This document shows positions 39,638-47,995 of a DNA stretch of 64,000 nucleotides, one piece after another. This DNA is from an uncultured delta proteobacterium (GTDB lineage Bacteria > Myxococcota > Myxococcia > Myxococcales > Anaeromyxobacteraceae), in NCBI GenBank assembly GCA_963828255.1, contig CAWHDZ010000011.1, forward strand, positions 160,001 to 224,000, given 5' to 3'. Under the pieces are notes generated by a model. It made no database searches. It was not told where the DNA came from and was given only the letters and a program-made list of their open reading frames with translations. The translations under genes were made by a program, and so were the position numbers. Positions within the stretch are counted from its first letter, which is position 1; each line of letters starts with the position of its first letter.

Positions 39638-40495
39638 TCAGGGAGAGGTGGGCGGGGAGCCGCCGTCCACCTCGTTCAGCCGCCCCGACCGGAACGGCTC
39701 GAGGTCCAGCGCGGCCAGCGCGAAGCCGGCCCTCCGCACGGCGAGCGCCACCCCGGCGCGGCAAGCGAAGGCCCGATCCATCTCCTCCGCCGCGATCTCC
39801 ACCCTCCCGATGAGTCCGTGATCGCGCACGCGGAACTGCCGGAGACCGAGCGCGCGCACGCCCGCCTCGGCCGCCTCGATGCGGGCCAGCCGCTCGGGGG
39901 TCACGGGGGTACCGTGCGGGATGCGCGAGGCCAGGCAGGCCATCTGCGGCTTGTCCCAGGTGGGCAGCCCGTAGGCCTCGCTCCAGGCCCGGACCTCGTC
40001 CTTGGTGAGCCCCGCGTCGGCGAGCGGCGAGATCACCCGGTGCTCGCCCGCGGCCCGCTGTCCCGGGCGGTGGTCGCCCCGGTCGTCGGCGTTGAAGCCG
40101 TCGAGCACGGCGACGAGCCCGAGCCGCGCGCAGGACTCTTCGCAGATCCGGTAGAGCTCGCTCTTGCAGAAGTAGCAGCGCTCCGGGGTGTTCTCCCGGT
40201 AGCGCGGGTCGTCCACCTCGCGGCTCTCGACCTCGATGTGGCGCGCGCCGATCCGCCTGGCCAGCGCCCGGGCCTCCTCGCGCTCCGCGCCGGGCACGCT
40301 GGGCGAATGGGCGGTGAGCCCGACGGCCCGGTCGCCCAGGACCTCGCGGGCCACGGCGAGCACCAGCGTGGAGTCCACCCCGCCCGAGAACGCGACCAGC
40401 ACGCCCCCGACGGCGCGCACGGCGTCTCGCATCCCGTCGAAGCGTCCACGGGACCGGTCGCGCAACCGCGCCCGGTCCTCCTGCGTTGCGGTCAT
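39638..40495 (-). CDS. larE: LarE family ATP-dependent sulfur transferase
   Basis: PP-loop SGGVDS, RCYFCK, DHRPG, ACLASRIP. Confidence 0.9.
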   Translation of the reverse strand: MTATQEDRARLRDRSRGRFDGMRDAVRAVGGVLVAFSGGVDSTLVLAVAREVLGDRAVGLTAHSPSVPGAEREEARALARRIGARHIEVESREVDDPRYRENTPERCYFCKSELYRICEESCARLGLVAVLDGFNADDRGDHRPGQRAAGEHRVISPLADAGLTKDEVRAWSEAYGLPTWDKPQMACLASRIPHGTPVTPERLARIEAAEAGVRALGLRQFRVRDHGLIGRVEIAAEEMDRAFACRAGVALAVRRAGFALAALDLEPFRSGRLNEVDGGSPPTSP

Positions 40496-40504
40496 GCGCG
40501 GATC

Positions 40505-41233
40505 CTACCCGCGCCGCCCCTTCGCCGCCTTCTTCACCTTGGCGGGCGCCGCCGCGGGCTTCTTCGCCGGCTTGGCCGCCTTCGCCGGCTTGGCCGCCTT
40601 GGCCGCCTTCGCCTTGGGCGGGGGGACGGCCTTCGGGGGCTTGGCTCCGCCCTTGCGCGGGCGCAGCCCTCCGGTGAGCAACGCGAACTCGGCGGGGGTG
40701 ACGTACTTCATGTCCACGAGCTTCTGGAAGAGCCGCCCGAGGGCCGCGTCGGGCTTCTCCTGGTCGGTCCGGACGACCAGCTCGGCGTGGACCGGAGGCT
40801 CGTACGGGTCGTCGATCCCGGCCACGTTGGTGATCTCGTGCGCGAGCGCCTTGCGGTACATGCCCTCGGTGTCGCGGGCGATGAGCGTGTCCATGGGCGC
40901 GTCGACGAAGACCTCGACGAAGCGGCGCACCTCCTTGCGCACCGTGTCGCGGGCCTCGCGGAAGGGGGAGAGCGACGCCACCACCACCACGGCGCCGTGC
41001 CGGACCAGCATGCGGGAGATGGTGCCGAAACGTCGGACCGCGGTGTCACGGTCCTCCTTGGTCACGCCCAGGCCGCGGGTGAAGAGCTCGTTCGGCGCGT
41101 CGCCGTCCATCACCTCGGCTGGCCGGCCGGCCGCGACGAAGCGCTTCGAGAGCTGGAGGGCGAGCGTGGACTTGCCCGCTCCCGCCATGCCCGTGAGCCA
41201 GATGACGAACCCCGTCCCGTGCTGCTGATCCAT
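40505..41233 (-). CDS. Divergent adenylyl-sulfate kinase (CysC-like) with Lys/Ala/Pro-rich C-terminal tail
   Basis: WLTGMAGAGKST, DGD, EDR, EVFVDAP, GIDDPYEPP; tail AKAAKAAKPAKAAKPAKK. Confidence 0.82.
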   Translation of the reverse strand: MDQQHGTGFVIWLTGMAGAGKSTLALQLSKRFVAAGRPAEVMDGDAPNELFTRGLGVTKEDRDTAVRRFGTISRMLVRHGAVVVVASLSPFREARDTVRKEVRRFVEVFVDAPMDTLIARDTEGMYRKALAHEITNVAGIDDPYEPPVHAELVVRTDQEKPDAALGRLFQKLVDMKYVTPAEFALLTGGLRPRKGGAKPPKAVPPPKAKAAKAAKPAKAAKPAKKPAAAPAKVKKAAKGRRG

Positions 41234-41358
41234 GCTCCCTCCCAGGTTCACTCGGCGCGAATGGCGCAATATACCGGAAGCCCGCGGAAAATGCGTCGGC
41301 TCCGATGGGGGCGATTTCGCTCTGGGTGCGCCCCGCTCGACGCGCCATGCCGGCGGGG

Positions 41359-41769
41359 TCAGAGGTCGGCGACCGGCGAGAAGCCCGAATCAGTCCACCT
41401 AAATACCCGTACTTCCATCACTTTACCTGCATCGAGGCCGAGCACGATCTGATCGGCCCCGGGCAGCGCCGGGCCGTTCCCCACGACCGCGCCGGCGAGA
41501 TCCGAGGCCGAGAGCCGCGCCGGACCGTCCACGTGCGAGTGGAAGACGGCCGCGATCCGCCCGCCCTCCCTGCGGAGACGCCGGGAAAGGGCGAGGTGCG
41601 CGGCGGGATCGGCCTCGAAGGCCTGCCCACCCTCCCGGGCCACGTTCCGGACCGGGACCACCTCGAGCTTCCCGGAGGCTCCCTCCACGACGAAGCCGCA
41701 GACCTCGCTCCGCGGGTCGGCCTCGGCCAGGGAGGAGAGCCGGGTGGCGACGGGCGAATAGTCGGTCAC
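41359..41769 (-). CDS. Mov34/MPN/JAMM metalloprotease (Mec-like)
   Basis: EVCG...FHSHVDGPARLSASD (E-xn-HxH-x7-S-x2-D). Confidence 0.92.
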   Translation of the reverse strand: MTDYSPVATRLSSLAEADPRSEVCGFVVEGASGKLEVVPVRNVAREGGQAFEADPAAHLALSRRLRREGGRIAAVFHSHVDGPARLSASDLAGAVVGNGPALPGADQIVLGLDAGKVMEVRVFRWTDSGFSPVADL

Positions 41770-41793
41770 GCTGGGGCCCGGCCCGGGACGCCG

Positions 41794-42495
41794 TCAGGGG
41801 GCGAGGCCGGCGGCGAGCGGCCCGGCGCAGGCGCAGCCCGGCTGCCGCGCCGTGGCCCGCACGAGGGGCGTGCCCCGGAAGACCTCGATGCGGCGCGCCC
41901 GCGGCTCCTGCGACGCCCCTGTGAGGAGGAGGATCAGCTCCAGCGCGGCGAGGGACCCCATCGTCGCCCCTCCCTCGGCGGTGGGTGCGCCCCCCAGCCC
42001 GGGCCTGGTGGCGCAGGAGTAGCAGGGCGACCCGACCGGCACCGACGTCACCGCGCCGCCCTGCCCGTCCACGTCGGCCACCACGTGCGGGAGCTGGAGC
42101 AGTCGCGCCTCGTCGGCGATGGCCCGGGAGACGTCGGGCGACGAGCCGCAGACGAGGAGCGCCGTGGGGCGCGACCCGGGGCGGAAGAGGTCGGCGGTGA
42201 CGAGGCCGCTGGCCCAGCGGGCGAACCCGGCCAGCGCCGCGCCCCGTGGACGCCCGAGGTCGTCCGGTCCGAGCGCGAAGCCCGCGCCGGCCTCCGGCTT
42301 CACCTCGTCGGGGTCGTCGAACCAGAGCGTCCCGACCCCCGCCGCGGCCAGGTAGTAGGTGGCCGGCGCCACCGCGAGCCCCCCGCCGGTCACGCGGATG
42401 CGGGCCTCGCGCAGCGCCTCCTGCGCCGCCTCTCCCATTCCCGGGAGCAGGAGCTGCCTCGCGTAGCGCGCCACCTCCGCATCGGTCAGGGCCAT
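41794..42495 (-). CDS. ThiF/MoeB/E1-like protein with degenerate adenylation site
   Basis: RYARQLLLPGMGEAAQ, LAAAGVG, PCYSC, PGCAC; lacks GxGGLG and SNLxRQ. Confidence 0.85.
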   Translation of the reverse strand: MALTDAEVARYARQLLLPGMGEAAQEALREARIRVTGGGLAVAPATYYLAAAGVGTLWFDDPDEVKPEAGAGFALGPDDLGRPRGAALAGFARWASGLVTADLFRPGSRPTALLVCGSSPDVSRAIADEARLLQLPHVVADVDGQGGAVTSVPVGSPCYSCATRPGLGGAPTAEGGATMGSLAALELILLLTGASQEPRARRIEVFRGTPLVRATARQPGCACAGPLAAGLAP

Positions 42496-42761
42496 GTCCG
42501 TGCCTCCGCCGGAGCTCCGCGCTCGAGCCACACCCGCCACGTTCCACTTCCCTCCTCGGGCGCCGCCTCGAGCCGGACCACCCGGTGGCCGTCCTCCTCG
42601 GCGCTGCGCGGGACGTTCTCGCGCGGCTCCCCGTCGCGGAGCAGGACCTCGAGGACCTCCCCCTCGGCGATGCGCGAGAGGGCGATGCGGGCCTTCACCC
42701 AGGTGACCGGGCAGGTGTGGGCCCGGACGTCGAGGCGCGCCGAGGGGACCCGGGCGCTCAT
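42486..42761 (-). CDS. TusA/SirA family sulfur carrier
   Basis: LDVRAHTCPVTWVKARIAL...GEVLEVLL; ATGA overlap with the upstream E1 gene. Confidence 0.88.
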   Translation of the reverse strand: MSARVPSARLDVRAHTCPVTWVKARIALSRIAEGEVLEVLLRDGEPRENVPRSAEEDGHRVVRLEAAPEEGSGTWRVWLERGAPAEARTWP

Positions 42762-43465
42762 GCCGGCCCCTGGGTCGAGGCGGCCACGGCGCTGCAGGCC
42801 GGGCAGCCCGCGCGGATGCGGAGGGGCACCAGGCGCGACCGGCCGGAGCGGGCCTCGAAGGCCACGAGCCGACCTGCGTAGGCGCCCCGCTCGCCGGCCA
42901 GGAGGCGCAGGGCCTCGGCCCCCATCAGCGCACCGGCGAATCCGGCCAGGGCCCCCAGCACCCCGGCCTGGGCGCAGGTGGGCACCGTACCCTCGGCCGG
43001 CGGCGCCTCGAAGAGGCAGCGGAGGCAGCCGGTCTTGCCGGGCATGACGGTGAGGAACTGGGCGGTGTAGCGGAGCACGGCGCCGTGGACCAGCGGCCGC
43101 CGGGCGGCGAGCGCCACGTCGTTGGCCAGGAAGCGGGTGGCGAAGTTGTCGGAGGCGTCCACGACCACGTCGCAGCCGCGCACGAGGTCCTCGGCGCAGT
43201 CGGGGCCGAAGCGCAGGTCCCGCCCCTCGACCCTCACCTCGGGATGGAGCAACGAGATGCGCGCCGCCGCGACCGGCGCCTTGCGCTTCCCCAGGTCGGC
43301 GTCGCCGAAGAGGGGCTGCCGGTTCAGGTTGGAGAGCTCGACCTCGTCCTCGTCGAGGAGGACGAGCCTCCCGACCCCTCCCGCGGCGAGCGCCAGCGCG
43401 GCCGGGCCGCCCAGGCCTCCCGCTCCGATGACCAGCACGCTCGCGCCCGACAGCTTCACGGCCAT
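42758..43465 (-). CDS. ThiF/MoeB/E1 adenylyltransferase, N-terminally short
   Basis: GAGGLG, DEVELSNLNRQ, DASDNFATR, GCLRC, PTCAQAGVLG, CPAC. Confidence 0.93.
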   Translation of the reverse strand: MAVKLSGASVLVIGAGGLGGPAALALAAGGVGRLVLLDEDEVELSNLNRQPLFGDADLGKRKAPVAAARISLLHPEVRVEGRDLRFGPDCAEDLVRGCDVVVDASDNFATRFLANDVALAARRPLVHGAVLRYTAQFLTVMPGKTGCLRCLFEAPPAEGTVPTCAQAGVLGALAGFAGALMGAEALRLLAGERGAYAGRLVAFEARSGRSRLVPLRIRAGCPACSAVAASTQGPA

Positions 43466-43479
43466 CCGGACCTTCTAAC

Positions 43480-43854
43480 CTAGAATGAGAGGACGTGCCC
43501 CTGGCCGGCGGTGCGCCACTGGTCGGGGAGGCTGCGGACCGCGTCCAGGTGCGGGCGGGCCGCATCCGGGTCGATCCCGGCCAGCCGGAGCTCGGTGCCG
43601 CAGGCCACGACCTCCACCCCCAGGTCGCGCCTCCCGTCCTCGACCATCTGGCGGAGCGAGCCCACCAGCGAGGCCTCCGGCGCCGCCGGGCAGCCCTCGT
43701 CGAAGCGCCCCTCCACCCAGGCGCGCAGCGGCTCCCCGGAGAGGGCGATCGACACCCGGTGGCCGAATGCGGCCGCCGTGAGCGCGACCGAGGCGGCGCG
43801 CCGGCGCGCGTCCCAGCCGGCGCCTCCGAGCAGGATGAGGCAAGGCTTGCCCAT
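43480..43854 (-). CDS. DsrE/DsrF-like protein
   Basis: ALTAAAFGHRVSIALSGE, VEVVACGT, C-terminal VLSF; RBS GAGGAGG. Confidence 0.7.
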   Translation of the reverse strand: MGKPCLILLGGAGWDARRRAASVALTAAAFGHRVSIALSGEPLRAWVEGRFDEGCPAAPEASLVGSLRQMVEDGRRDLGVEVVACGTELRLAGIDPDAARPHLDAVRSLPDQWRTAGQGHVLSF

Positions 43855-43875
43855 GTCGTCCTCCTCTGCTAGAAA
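43847..43875 (+). promoter_or_regulatory. Promoter of tRNA-Leu(GAG), overlapping the start of the DsrE-like gene
   Basis: TTGCCC-17 bp-TAGAAA with TG extension. Confidence 0.5.
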
Positions 43876-43891
43876 CCGACCCGCTTTCAAC

Positions 43892-43976
43892 GCCCAGGTG
43901 GTGAAACTGGTAGACACACCATCTTGAGGGGGTGGCGCCGTAAGGCGTGCGAGTTCGAATCTCGCCCTGGGCACCA
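43892..43976 (+). tRNA. tRNA-Leu(GAG)
   Basis: GCCCAGG/CCTGGGC acceptor, anticodon GAG, long variable arm, CCA end. Confidence 0.97.
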
Positions 43977-43994
43977 GTCATCGCGCCGAAGAGG

Positions 43995-44021
43995 AAGGGA
44001 CCCGTCGCCGGGTCCCTTTTT
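43995..44021 (+). terminator. Intrinsic terminator between converging tRNA-Leu and secG
   Basis: AAGGGACCC-loop-GGGTCCCTT plus T-tract on the + strand. Confidence 0.75.
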
Positions 44022-44048
44022 CGTTTCCGGGGGCGCGAGGCCCCCAGG

Positions 44049-44405
44049 TCACTTCGCCGGGGCGGGCGCGGGTGCGGCCGGCGCGCCCTGGACGGGCAGC
44101 GCGGGAGCCGACTGCAGCGGGGCCGACTGCACGGGGGCCGGCGCGGTGGGCGCCGGGGCCTCCTTGACCACCGACCCGGAGCGGGTCGAGAGGTAGGAGA
44201 GCGAGAGGGAGGTGAGCATGAAGACCGCCGCCGAGGCGGAGGTCACCTTGCCGAGGAAGGTCTGCGCCCCGCGCCCTCCGAAGACGGCCTGCGTGCTGCC
44301 GCCGAAGGCTCCGCCAAGCCCGCTGCCCTTTCCGGCCTGGAGCAGGATGACGATGACGAGGACGGCCGAGACGATGACGTGGAGGACGATGAGAAAGGTG
44401 TTCAA
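44049..44405 (-). CDS. secG: Preprotein translocase subunit SecG
   Basis: [26 protein letters not shown] start overlapping the tpiA stop. Confidence 0.93.
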   Translation of the reverse strand: MNTFLIVLHVIVSAVLVIVILLQAGKGSGLGGAFGGSTQAVFGGRGAQTFLGKVTSASAAVFMLTSLSLSYLSTRSGSVVKEAPAPTAPAPVQSAPLQSAPALPVQGAPAAPAPAPAK

Positions 44406-45163
44406 CGGATGGCTCCCTGGATGATCCCTGTGAAGTCTACTGCCTTGAGGCTGGCTCCGCCCACCAGCGCGCCGTCGACGTCGGGCTGCGACAGGAGCTC
44501 GGCTGCGTTGTCGGGCTTGACCGACCCGCCGTAGAGGATGCGGACGGAGTCGGCGACGCCCTGGGCCAGCTCCCGGAGGATGGCGCGGATGGCGGCGTGG
44601 ACCTCCTGCGCCTGGGCCGAGGTGGCGGTCTTCCCGGTTCCGATGGCCCAGACCGGCTCGTAGGCCACGGTCAGGCTGCCCACCTGGGCCGGGGTGAGGC
44701 CGGAGAGCGCGGCGCGGACCTGCCGGCCCACCACCTCGAGGGTGCGGCTCGACTCGCGCTCGGGCAGGGTCTCGCCCACGCAGACGACGGGGTGCAGGCC
44801 GGCGGCCAGCGCCGCCCGGGTCTTCTTCTGGACCGCCTCGTCGGTGTCCCCGAAGAACTGGCGCCTCTCGCTGTGGCCGCAGAGGACGTACCGGCACCCG
44901 GCGTCGACGAGCATGGGGGCGGACACCTCGCCGGTGAAGGCCCCCTGAGACTCCCAGTGAAGGTTCTGCGCCGCGAGCCCGATGCGCGATCCGGCCAGCT
45001 CGGCGGCGACCGCGAAGAGCGCCGTGAACGGCGGCGCCACGGCCACGTCCACGCGGTCGGCCAGCGGCTCGGCGGCCGCGCGGAGCTCGCGCACCAGCGC
45101 GCGCGCCTCGGCGGCGGTGCGGTGCATCTTCCAGTTGCCGCAGACGAACTTCTTCCTGGCCAC
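44402..45163 (-). CDS. tpiA: Triosephosphate isomerase
   Basis: [40 protein letters not shown]. Confidence 0.98.
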   Translation of the reverse strand: MARKKFVCGNWKMHRTAAEARALVRELRAAAEPLADRVDVAVAPPFTALFAVAAELAGSRIGLAAQNLHWESQGAFTGEVSAPMLVDAGCRYVLCGHSERRQFFGDTDEAVQKKTRAALAAGLHPVVCVGETLPERESSRTLEVVGRQVRAALSGLTPAQVGSLTVAYEPVWAIGTGKTATSAQAQEVHAAIRAILRELAQGVADSVRILYGGSVKPDNAAELLSQPDVDGALVGGASLKAVDFTGIIQGAIR

Positions 45164-45165
45164 GT

Positions 45166-46362
45166 TCACTCCTCGAGGATCTTGACGCCGGGGAGCTCGC
45201 GCCCCTCGATGAATTCCAGGCTGGCGCCGCCTCCCGTGGAGACGTGCTTCATCCTGTCCACCAGCCCGGCCTCCTCCACCGCCGCGGCGCTGTCCCCGCC
45301 GCCCACCACGGTGATGGCCGGCGACTCGGCCATGGCCCGGGCCACTCCGAACGTGCCCTCGGCCCATGGCTTCTGCTCGAAGAGCCCCATGGGGCCGTTC
45401 CAGAAGACGGTCTTCGCGGCCAGGATGCGCTGCCGGTAGCGGTCCAGCGTCTTCGGGCCGATGTCGAGCCCCATGAGGCCGTCGGGGATGGCCTGGGCGT
45501 TCACCACGACCCGCTCGGCCGTCTCCTTGGGCTCGGCGCCGCAGACGTGGTCCACCGGGAGCTCGAAGTCCAACCCCTTGGCCTTGGCCTTGTCGAGGAT
45601 CTGCCGGGCCAGCTCGAGCTTGTCCTGCTCGACGCGGCTCTTGCCGACCGGTACGCCCTTGGCGGCCAGGAAGGTGTAGGCCATGGCGCCGCCGATGAGC
45701 ACCGAGTCGGCCTTGCCGATGAGGTTCTCGAGCACCTTGATCTTGTCGGAGACCTTGGCGCCGCCCAGGATGGCGACGAAGGGGCGCTCCGGCTTCGCGA
45801 GCACGCGGCCGAGGTACTCGACCTCCTTCTGGATCAGGAAGCCTCCCGCCTTCTCCTTGACGAACCTCGCCATGCCCGCGGTGGATGCGTGGGCCCGGTG
45901 CGCCGTGCCGAAGGCGTCGTTCACCCAGACGTCGGCGAGGGACGCGAGCTCGCGGCAGAAGCCCTCGTCGTTTGCCTCCTCGCCCTTGTGGAAGCGGAGG
46001 TTCTCGAGGAGGAGCACCCTGCCCTCGCCGAGGTCCGCGACCGCCTTCTTCACGCCGTCGCCGATGCAGTCGTCGGCCAGGATGACATCGGCGCCGAGCA
46101 GCTCGGAGAGACGCTGCGCCGCCGGCTCGAGCGTGAACTTCGCCTTGTCGGAGGGATTGCCCTTGGGGCGCCCGAGGTGGGAGGCCAGGATGACCCTGGC
46201 CTTCTTCGCGATGGCGTGGCGGATGGTGGGGAGCGCGGCGCGGATGCGGGCGTCGTCGGTGACCCGCCCCTTGTCGTCGAGCGGGACGTTGAAGTCCACG
46301 CGGATGAAGACCCGCTTGCCGGCGAGGTCGAGCTGGTCGATGGTCCGGATCTGGGCCGCCAT
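45166..46362 (-). CDS. pgk: Phosphoglycerate kinase
   Basis: [31 protein letters not shown]. Confidence 0.98.
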   Translation of the reverse strand: MAAQIRTIDQLDLAGKRVFIRVDFNVPLDDKGRVTDDARIRAALPTIRHAIAKKARVILASHLGRPKGNPSDKAKFTLEPAAQRLSELLGADVILADDCIGDGVKKAVADLGEGRVLLLENLRFHKGEEANDEGFCRELASLADVWVNDAFGTAHRAHASTAGMARFVKEKAGGFLIQKEVEYLGRVLAKPERPFVAILGGAKVSDKIKVLENLIGKADSVLIGGAMAYTFLAAKGVPVGKSRVEQDKLELARQILDKAKAKGLDFELPVDHVCGAEPKETAERVVVNAQAIPDGLMGLDIGPKTLDRYRQRILAAKTVFWNGPMGLFEQKPWAEGTFGVARAMAESPAITVVGGGDSAAAVEEAGLVDRMKHVSTGGGASLEFIEGRELPGVKILEE

Positions 46363-46380
46363 GATCTCCCCCGGCCTTCC

Positions 46381-47382
<1,002 letters not shown>

Positions 47383-47431
47383 GACAGGGGCCTCCCTCTC
47401 CCGGATTGCCGGGGATGGTAAATGGGCCGCA

Positions 47432-47460
47432 AAGCTACTCGCGGGGCCACGGGGTGTCAA
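47432..47460 (-). promoter_or_regulatory. sigma70-type promoter of the gap operon
   Basis: TTGACA-17 bp-TAGCTT. Confidence 0.7.
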
Positions 47461-47556
47461 ACGCAAACCCTTGGTAGTTCAGGGCCTTGAAAAACGTGAA
47501 ACGGCGCCGGGTTCGAGCCGGCGCCGCCGTCCTGCGCGGTGGTCGGGAGCGGCCGC

Positions 47557-47757
47557 CTAGGGGGCCAGCGCCTCGGAGGATGCCTCGACGGAGGGCCGGG
47601 CGTCTCCCTGGGCGCGCAGGTCGCGGGTCACGAGGTCGATGAGCTCGGTGGAGAGCCCCAGGATCTGGTTGGCGTTGTAGCCGCTGGCGCGAAGCTCCTT
47701 GAAGAGGGACTTGGCGAGGATCTTGGTTCCCTTGGCGTCGAGCATGGGTGCGAGCAT
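47557..47757 (-). CDS. Small helical hypothetical protein (66 aa)
   Basis: KILAKSLFKELRASGYNANQILGLSTELIDLVT; RBS GAGAGGA; typical high-GC codon usage. Confidence 0.75.
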   Translation of the reverse strand: MLAPMLDAKGTKILAKSLFKELRASGYNANQILGLSTELIDLVTRDLRAQGDARPSVEASSEALAP

Positions 47758-47807
47758 CGGTGTCCTCTCGGGCGGCAGCCGCCCAGTGAACCAGCGATGG
47801 ATGTCCT

Positions 47808-47823
47808 AGCAACGCCCAGGCCA
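47808..47823 (-). promoter_or_regulatory. sigma54 (-24/-12) promoter of the 66-aa gene
   Basis: TGGCCTG-ggcg-TTGCT. Confidence 0.68.
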
Positions 47824-47995
47824 GCCAGGACAAAGCGGTCACTTTCAGCAATGTCGGGCGCTTGCCAGCGCGACATCTCCCCCTGAGACGCGCCGGTGCG
47901 TAGCACCTTACGCACGGGCCCCCTCCGGGGCGGGAGGCATGCGCGAAGGCTGCTTCGCAGCGCCGACAGCTTCCCGAAGCTAGATAGCCACCCCC

